DNA of 47,242 nt. Source: an uncultured Lentisphaerales bacterium. GTDB taxonomy: Bacteria > Verrucomicrobiota > Lentisphaeria > JABSQK01 > UBA12247. Below are positions 41,101-47,242 of the stretch, piece after piece. The notes under the pieces were generated by a model that saw only the letters and a program-made list of their open reading frames with translations, was not told the DNA's origin and did not search any database. The DNA lies in the NCBI GenBank assembly GCA_943788985.1, contig CALSSJ010000033.1:1-47242 (forward strand). The letters are read 5' to 3'. Each line of letters starts with the position of its first letter. Position 1 is the stretch's first letter. The position numbers and the translations under genes were made by a program.

Positions 41101-41217
41101 AACATGACCGATCAGGCCAACGAGATGCGGAAAGCCTATCTCAGCGAGTTTGGTGACGGGAAATTTCGCAAGGAGATTTACAGCTTGCCATCACCCGAAT
41201 TCTTCGACGAAAAATAA
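38164..41217 (+). CDS. large secreted tetratricopeptide-repeat protein
   Basis: Signal peptide (FCASFLLLCVTASA) and many TPR-like helices (KYDRAIELYLKAL, FYPDSPKT..SLYNLA, YGSSKYAAKALYRLAW, FPNSSAAKQSVFTLG). Confidence 0.85.
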   Translation: MMKLASKFCASFLLLCVTASAIDEFAVEAKLSKRLIEIGMFDYATFHVEGLQKTGAEPEAVSILNAQLLAGQGKRSAAYDVLKGVKSSSKYYVPALLMIPAMTSDLKARITAYQAYFKAVPEPPAGAENCRDWQGVVMRYADSLKKQNRPGEVEKTLKLLEKGCGPGEGGAVDENMVAMIGLRFKLEALEKEAKPAPAKVDAVIKELEKMRWGMDYFSSLAYVEIARAMILKGKFQEAIELLAENTEFLMNMHTGVVKDTGSSAQSPLAGAFYYIGIGYEKIGDSKKEGTTERKKLHAKAYKKFRKVATDFSDASIAVKALMAKDRVGQKLGGVRESSQGASALKQQGIQKESADAQYRDKKYDRAIELYLKALNVAPGSKLAPEIMALCVACLKKQDRMLEAVALTMFMAEFYPDSPKTGDSLYNLAVSMWKTGIDLNKTGKVEPAKAAKADAIRMFAAFAEANPTHLKAAFAAYTVASEKYAQGDEWKKKKAAAKSVKEGNEAILAMRKAFREAIPAFEYVVDNYGSSKYAAKALYRLAWIYRILTNDEATEENEDQLCADTFLKFCALATEPTADRLIAKYQAADRLYALEDMVAGEKHFSELVGWIDSGAFKGVDKVAEYRKNATAMNAWCVDAQALGLRGTMDAVREEIEALPPQEGGEPVVVPAELQAKLVKAEGEWKAGLKRAIDSFTQFLGQYAKDEQQAPSVMAKLGAIYTADLDDAAMGQTWFERLSKTFPNSSAAKQSVFTLGRVYVKNGQWAKANETYTKVKDQFAEHGYANLYFISRQPMQPAGEEKQIGLDPLIAIAANEALLAIAKDKKHEDNADAVKRRELVSLRVTDGYVAMKRFEDALSTYDRMIREEEQKKRASGKYSSFYFKVMMGQAQAFRVQGETQQAVDALNTVLSMINATSFPTVYFKAVCDLGDAMADSKDIKFVKKAAYMYQQTVEFAPRDNEEILPYIERGYFGAAWNLSRLNMTDQANEMRKAYLSEFGDGKFRKEIYSLPSPEFFDEK

Positions 41218-41982
41218 TGAGGAGTACCCCTATGATTTCACGCGCACTCGTCCTGCTGCTTTTTGTTGCGCTTGCCGCACAGGCGCAGCGAACGCCCTAT
41301 GTCATTGATTCTAGGAATGCGACCATTAAGGGCGTGAGTATTAAGGCGGAGCCAGGCGGCAAGGTTAAGCTCGAGATTGAGCCCGGATCCTGGCGTACAT
41401 TCTCGGCCAGCCAGTTTAAATATGCCTACTCGCCCCCACCCAAAAGTCTGCGCGATGCCCAGACAGCGATGCGGGGCCAGAGACTGGAAGAAGGCACTGC
41501 CCATTCTTGAAGCAGCCTTCAAATCCCACGGTCAACTGGGCTGGGCTGGCTCAATCGCACGTGTTCGGGCCAAGTGCCATCTCGAACTGGGGCAGACCGC
41601 TGAAGCCAAGGTGGCCGTCGCGGAGGGACTTCGCTACGAGAAGAGCCGCGAAAAGAAGAACCAGCTGAAAATTATGCAGGCGGAGATTGAAGTAGCAGGC
41701 GGAGATCTGGCGAAGGCCGAGAAGACTATCGCCAATCTGCAAGCCTCGCTAGACGACCCGCTTACTGCCACCACGCTGTTGAACGTTCGCGGCAAGTTGC
41801 TTGCCGCAAAGGGACTTAAGAAGGACGCGGTGCTGGAGTACCTCAAAACGGCGCTTGTGTTCAAGCCGGGTAACGATAATCACGAGGAAGCGCTAACACA
41901 GATTGTGGCTCTCCTCAAGGACCTGAAGGATAATCGCCACACCGACTTTCAGGCCATGCTCAAACAACAATACGGAAACTAA
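41217..41982 (+). CDS. secreted TPR protein (frameshift near 41480)
   Basis: Signal peptide ALVLLLFVALAAQAQ; second frame WKKALPIL...AKCHLELGQ...DAVLEYLKTALVF...EEAL; TAATG-coupled to the upstream gene. Confidence 0.75.
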
Positions 41983-42002
41983 TCCCCCACGGAGATGTCA
42001 TT

Positions 42003-42780
42003 ATGAAAAAAGTTCGTCACGTTCTCATTTTTCTAGCGTTTGCCCTGCTCACCACCGCCCCCCTGTTTGCACAAGAGGCCGCGCCCGCCGAAGGCGCTGC
42101 ACCAGTTGCTGAGGAAACTGGTGTCGGTTTCAAACAGATCGTACTCGAGGGTGGAATGGTCAACACCCTGATCTGGGGCCTGATCTTCCTTTCCTCCTTC
42201 GCCATGATCTGGTTTCTTGTAGATGGCGTGATGCAGACCAAGCGCGACAAGATCCTGCCTGCGCACGTTGTCGACGGCGTTCGTACCTCCCTCGACGAGG
42301 GCGACCTGGACGGAGCCATCGCCACCTGCGAGCAAAACCCCGGGCCTCTTTCCACCATCCTGATGGCTGGTTTTGATAATATCGAAGAAGGCTACGAGGT
42401 CGTGCAGGAAAGTGTGGGTGCTGCCACAGACCTGGAGTCTGAGAAGCTGTTCCAGCAGATCAACTACCTGAACCTGTGTGGTCAGATCGCGCCGATGCTT
42501 GGGCCTGTTGGGCACGGTGACTGGTATGGTAAGCGCCTTTGCAGGCTTGGCGAGTGCTTCAGGTGCGGCCAAGGCTGCGATGCTCGCGCAATCCATCTCC
42601 ATCGCCCTGTGGACCACTGTTTCCGGGCTGCTGATCGCTGTGCCAGCTCTACTCGGATACGCCCTCTGCAAGAACCTCGCCACCCGCCTCCTGCTCGAGT
42701 CACAGGCCACTGTTTTGGATCTGATCAAGATTCTTCGTAGTGCCGCAGTCGAGGAAGAGTACGAAGAGGAAGAGGAGTAG
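42003..42780 (+). CDS. exbB: MotA/TolQ/ExbB proton-channel protein (frameshift at ~42502)
   Basis: Removing one G restores APMLGLLGTVTGM; ISIALWTTVSGLLIAVPA; N-terminal signal peptide. Confidence 0.9.
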
Positions 42781-42812
42781 GAAAGCTAAGTCGCCAGCGG
42801 ACGGACTGACTC

Positions 42813-43237
42813 ATGAAAAACTCAAAGACAGAGAATATCGAGACACCAATCACGTCGATGATCGACGTGGTGTTTCTGCTCATCATTTTCTTTGTGGTCA
42901 CCTCGGACATCGATCGTGAATCGGTAGATGACAAGGTCAAGCTGGCAAAGTCCACCTACCTTGAACCGGTCACCAAGCTGCCCAAGAACCGCGCAGTGGT
43001 GAATGTGCGTGCCAGCGGGGAGATCATGTACGGTGCAATACCTCGGAGTATGGCCACGCTGACGGGTGCGTTGAAGCAAGCCCACGCCATCCAGGGAGCT
43101 GGAATGGTGGTCATTGTCCGAGGGCCCACGGCGATGTGCGCTATGAAAAAATCGACGAGGTCGTACAGGCGGTGACCAACGCTGGCCTCAGCCGGATCAA
43201 GATTTCCGCACAGGACACTGGACTGAAGGACAAATAG
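42813..43237 (+). CDS. exbD: ExbD/TolR family protein 1 (frameshift ~43125)
   Basis: TPITSMIDVVFLLIIFFVVT; the second frame ends GDVRYEKIDEVVQAVTNAGLSRIKIS...DK*. Confidence 0.88.
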
Positions 43238-43238
43238 C

Positions 43239-43637
43239 ATGTCAATACGCCGCACAGAAGAGCAGATGGAAACACCGATGTCCGCGATGATTGATGTGGT
43301 TTTTCTGCTGCTCATCTTCTTCATTGTGACCCATAAAGAGGAGCAGGTTGAAGCCCACATGGCGATCAATCTTCCTGCCCCGGGGGCCGCATCCGCCCCA
43401 AGCAACAAGCCAAACCTGCTTGAAGTGCATGTGTACAACACGTTCTACACCCTCAACGGCAAGCAACTCGGCCTTGATACCCTCGAAGAAAAGCTCCTCG
43501 GTTTGGCGATGCTTGACTCAGATCAGACCGTGATCATCAAGGTCTCGCGGGAAGCCTTTCAGCGCGAGTTGGTCGAGTTGCTTGACCGTTGCCAGAAAGC
43601 TGGCTTTAAGAACCTGAACGTTCTAACGCTGAAGTAG
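43239..43637 (+). CDS. exbD: ExbD/TolR family protein 2
   Basis: TPMSAMIDVVFLLLIFFIVT, INLP, VELLDRCQKAGFKNL. Confidence 0.92.
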   Translation: MSIRRTEEQMETPMSAMIDVVFLLLIFFIVTHKEEQVEAHMAINLPAPGAASAPSNKPNLLEVHVYNTFYTLNGKQLGLDTLEEKLLGLAMLDSDQTVIIKVSREAFQRELVELLDRCQKAGFKNLNVLTLK

Positions 43638-43644
43638 CCAAGCT

Positions 43645-44047
43645 ATGATCCAGCGAGTCGATAAGTTCATGGATAAGCCAATGTCGGCGATGATCGACGT
43701 GGTCTTTCTGCTGGTGATCTTCCTTGTCTATACGCACAGTGAGCCCGAATTCGAGGCTCACGCGGCGGTCGTTCTACCGAGCGGCACCTTCCCTCAGACG
43801 CCGGTCGGTACACTGCTCGAAATTTGTGAATATGATGGCGCCTACCAGTTCAATGGCACGAGTGCGGATCTCGCGGAGGTATCGCGGCTGATTCATTATT
43901 TTGGGGCCGTGGACAAGGACATCACGGCCGTCATTCGCGTTTCCAGAGATGCTCCGCATCGCGAGGGCCGTCGCGAGGCTGGACCTCTGCCGCGATGCTG
44001 AGATTGCCAATCTCAGGCGCGTCGCTCTGCCGGCAGGAGATGGCTGA
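43645..44047 (+). CDS. exbD: ExbD/TolR family protein 3 (frameshift ~43965)
   Basis: KPMSAMIDVVFLLVIFLVYT, VIRVSRDAPH; the second frame ends AVARLDLCRDAEIANL...GDG*. Confidence 0.8.
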
Positions 44048-46311
44048 CCCGCGTCACCCCCTGATCTCGAGCCCGGCTGACTTGCCGTTAGCGCAAGAGC
44101 TGAGCGGAACGGGGCAGTACGAAGTCACAGAGTCCGGCTGCCGGTTTACGATCCTCCCCGGTGAAACTACCGCAAAATGGCGCATTCCTTGCCACAGTGA
44201 GATGCAGGTCGATTTTTTCGTTTCGTGCAACGTTCCGGGCTCGACACGCGCTTTTACTGCCCGGGATGAAACACGCGGTCGCCGTCCTGCGCGATCGCGA
44301 CGGCAATGACAGCGAAGTGCCGCTCTACAAAGCTGCGGCAGGAGATGACAGCGCTTTCGTCTCCCGCCAGTTCAGTACGCGAGAGCCGGTTCGCTCGCTG
44401 GTCGGTATCGACATACAACTCGCCGCTGCCGGTGACCAAGGCGCGGCACTGGACATTGAAAATCTGCAGCTTCTCTTCTCTGGCAACTTGCCGCCCGAGA
44501 ACCCAGAGATTGACCACAGCGCCTACGAGGCGCACCAGGTAGCTTGGACGCCGCTTGGCACGCCGTTGGTCCGACGTGCGGGCAAGGGCGTCGCGGAGTT
44601 CGCATTCTTGCGGATCGCCTTTGGCGAAGCAGAGAGCTGCTGGCCGCACGCGGATTACTTCGATTATGCCCGGCTGGATCACGCGCTGGACGCTGTTGCG
44701 GATTCCGCAAAAATTATCGTGTTTGACTTCACTCGACAGCCTCGCTGGTGGCCACACCATCGCTACGGCGATCTGGAAGGTGCGACGCGCGGGTATTGGC
44801 GGACAGCGATGCAGCATGTGCTGCGCCACCTAGCGACCACCGAGCATGCCGCGAGCATCGCAGGTGCGACGGCGCTGGTCAGCGGCGAGGAGAACTGCGC
44901 ACCGCCAGTGTACCGCACCAACAGCCCAGACGCGATCGACGCCTTTCGGACCTGGTTGAAGGAAAAGTATGGCACTGACGAGGCGCTCGCTGCTGCTTGG
45001 AACCGTGAGGTGGTTTTCGAAGCGGCGCGCCCGAATAATCGCTGGCCAGCGGGCTCTTGGGGGCCGATCATTTGGCAGGAGAAAGCCAGCGAAGCGGGCG
45101 ACAACCGCCGGTTCTACGCCGAAAGCTGGGCCGGATCGCTAAACTGGATCGCTGCGCAGATCAAGGAACTGACCGGGAAACGGCTGCTGGCCGGGGTGAG
45201 TGGCGGACCTGCCTACCACCTCTCGCCTCATCTGGCGAATTCCGCAACTGCGCTGACCGCAGCGGCGGGGACGGCGCAGATCACTTCGGCAGACTTTTAC
45301 CACGTGCGCCAGATTCCGGAGGAAAACCAGCCATTGCTGACGTTGCTGGATGGAGAGCCATTGACGATGCGGAGTGCACAGCACGCAGCGGTCGACGGGC
45401 TACGGTTGGCATCACTGGTGGATTTGCGAACTCCGCAAAGCCTGCGACGTATTCTGTCGTCGGTGCGACGTTCGCAATCTGCGGAGATCGCATTGGTGCG
45501 GCCAGCAGGCCTGCCGTTTTCGCTGCACGCACCAGCACGGACTGCATCGGCTACGCTGGCTGGCGAGCTTTTGCGAACTCCGCAACGCCTGCGCGGTTCG
45601 CTCTTGGGGGCACCGGTCGATGTGGTGGAAATTGGCGATTTGATGGAGCGAGACTATCGGATGATTCTGGTGCTGAGCTCGCTGAGTCTGAGCGGGGAGG
45701 AGAGGGCGATTCTGCACAGTCTGGAGAATGGTGGCCGCACGCTGGTGTACGGGTGGTGTACGGGCATGCTCTCGGAGGAGGGCTTGAACCCGGTGGGGGC
45801 CTCGGAGTTGGCGCGGCAGACGATCCGAGTTGTGACAGAGCCACGGCCGGCGCGGCTCTCCTACGGTGGGAAACAGGATTTCATCTGGCGAACAGCGGGG
45901 GGCACGGCGCTGCAGTTGGCACCGGCGCCGGTGGTGATTGAGACGGCAGATGTGGAGGTGATGGCACGCTATGCCGGTACGAATGAGGCAGCGCTTGCGG
46001 TGCGGCACTTTCACGGGTTTAGCACGGTCTACAGCGCGCTGCCTTTTGTGCCGGCGGCGTGGCTGAGGCGACTTGCTGAGGCGAGTGGGGTGCATTTCTA
46101 CGCGGATATTGGCACGGATGTCACGGTGCTGGATGAACTGATTGCGGTCCGAGCACGGGAAGATCGCGTGATCGAACTGAATTTGCCGCAGGCGGAGTCG
46201 CTGTTTGAGCTGGTGAGTCGGCGAGCGCTTCCGCCGGCAAGGCAGCAACGCCTTCAAGGGCGATTGTGGGATGCCTTTCTGTTGCGGCGCGGTATCGTTA
46301 CAGCAGAGTAG
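44040..46311 (+). CDS. GH42-like beta-galactosidase-related protein (divergent; frameshift ~44240)
   Basis: YFDYARLDHAL, PRWW, SGEE, AFRTWLKEKYGTDEALAAAWN, and a trimerisation-like C-terminus (SAEIALV, GAPVDVV, VMARY, WLRRLAEASGVHFY). The ATG at 44040 overlaps exbD3. Confidence 0.6.
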
Positions 46312-46329
46312 TAAGGACGGGGAATTTCT

Positions 46330-47242
46330 GTGGAAAATTTGGATGCTTTGCGACAGGCCGTGGCTGTGTCGCCTGAGAATGTTCCGTTGTTGAACCTGCT
46401 GGCGGCTGCTTGCCTGAAGGCGGGATTGGGCGAGGAGGCACAGACGCATTTTGCGCGTGTGCTGGAACTGGATCCGAGCCAGATCGAGGCGGAGGTCGGG
46501 ACGATCGAAGCGGTGCGTCGCCAGGGCAAGGGTTCGGAGGCAGTCGTGCGAGCCGAGTCTTTGTGCGAACGGCTGCCGGGTGAAGGGCGAGGCTGGTTAC
46601 TGCGCGCAAAGCTGGATCTGGCGGAAGGGGCTGCGGGCGCAGCCCGGCGTTGGTACAGCAAGGCGTTAGAGCTGGATCGGGGGCTTGCGGACATCGCATT
46701 GTCCAATGAGATCGCAGATGCGGGAGCACCGGTGTCGGAGGATGCAAAGCCAGCGCCGATTGCCAGCGGTGGGGCGAATGCGTTCGGGATGCTGCCGCCA
46801 GGGGAGTCGATGCCGCCGACCACAACCTCGGATTTTGGCGAAAGCTATCGCGAGAATGTGGACGTGGACTTCAAGGACGTGGGTGGCATGGAAAGCGTGA
46901 AGGAGGAGATCCGGATGAAGATCCTCTTTCCGTTGCAGAACCGCGAGCTATTCGAGGCATATGGGAAGAAGGCTGGCGGCGGTGTACTGCTCTATGGCCC
47001 ACCAGGGTGCGGGAAGACGCTCATTAGTCGGGCGACTGCGGGCGAGATTGATGCCTCGTTCTTCTCAATCGGCCTGCATCAAGTGATGGACATGTGGATG
47101 GGCCCAGAGCGAGCAAAAGCTTCACGAGATTTTTGAGATGGCGCGGCGACAGCGTCCGGCGGTGTTGTTCTTTGATGAGATCGATGCCTTGGCGGCGGAC
47201 CGGCGCGACCTGCGCACAAGCGCGGGGCGTACTCTGATCAAC
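46330..47242 (+). CDS. TPR-domain AAA+ ATPase (CDC48/Vps4-like; 3' truncated by window; frameshift ~47104)
   Basis: N-terminal TPR, FKDVGGM..VKEEI, Walker A GPPGCGKT, and after the shift GQSEQKLHEIF and Walker B FFDEID. Confidence 0.9.

Noticed and set aside
42855..43715. Repeated DNA word ATGATCGACGTGGT..TTCTGCT (three copies) as a CRISPR or mobile repeat
   Set aside because: It simply encodes the conserved MIDVVFLL helix of three exbD paralogues.
45057..46449. Long alternative-frame/antisense ORFs (45057-45941 +, 45412-46449 -; likewise 11538-12212 + and 8900-9532 -)
   Set aside because: Shadow ORFs of GC-rich coding sequence with no motifs; they fully overlap better-supported genes.
1..47242. 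rRNA, tRNA, CRISPR arrays, IS elements, integrases, prophage
   Set aside because: None recognised by eye. Intergenic spaces are short, and no transposase, integrase or cas motifs or regularly spaced repeats were seen.

Overview
GC-rich bacterial chromosomal segment, most likely from the PVC superphylum (Lentisphaerae-like). That placement is inferred from the H-X9-DG prepilin-like gene, non-Gly prepilin leaders, a sulfatase remnant, a Tat-type Gfo/Idh/MocA gene and a TPR-ExbB-ExbD locus. Many genes, including the essential cysS, carry single-base frameshifts in short homopolymers, so the assembly probably has long-read indel errors. Contents in order: murB (3' end), slyX, eroded pseudogenes (unknown gene, AraC regulator, sulfatase, L-rhamnose mutarotase), a nucleotidyltransferase plus GT-C-like membrane protein pair, an orphan pseudopilin, an aminotransferase, NUDIX-TatD-QatD-like TatD, DUF2064, a divergent transketolase, a TAXI receptor and cysS. 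Next is a T2SS/T4P-like pseudopilin cassette (H/I/J/K/x/G), followed by a ~2,160-aa protein with four beta-helix+SdrD-B modules that is translationally coupled to eboA-eboB. Then come a Gfo/Idh/MocA oxidoreductase, a coupled operon (DedA-PAP2 fusion, ArnT, thioesterase, two membrane-anchored PD-(D/E)XK paralogues of which one looks inactive, uvrC), and a TPR-TPR-ExbB-ExbDx3-GH42-like-TPR/AAA locus. No rRNA, tRNA, CRISPR array or IS element was recognised. All product calls come from motif recognition, not database searches.
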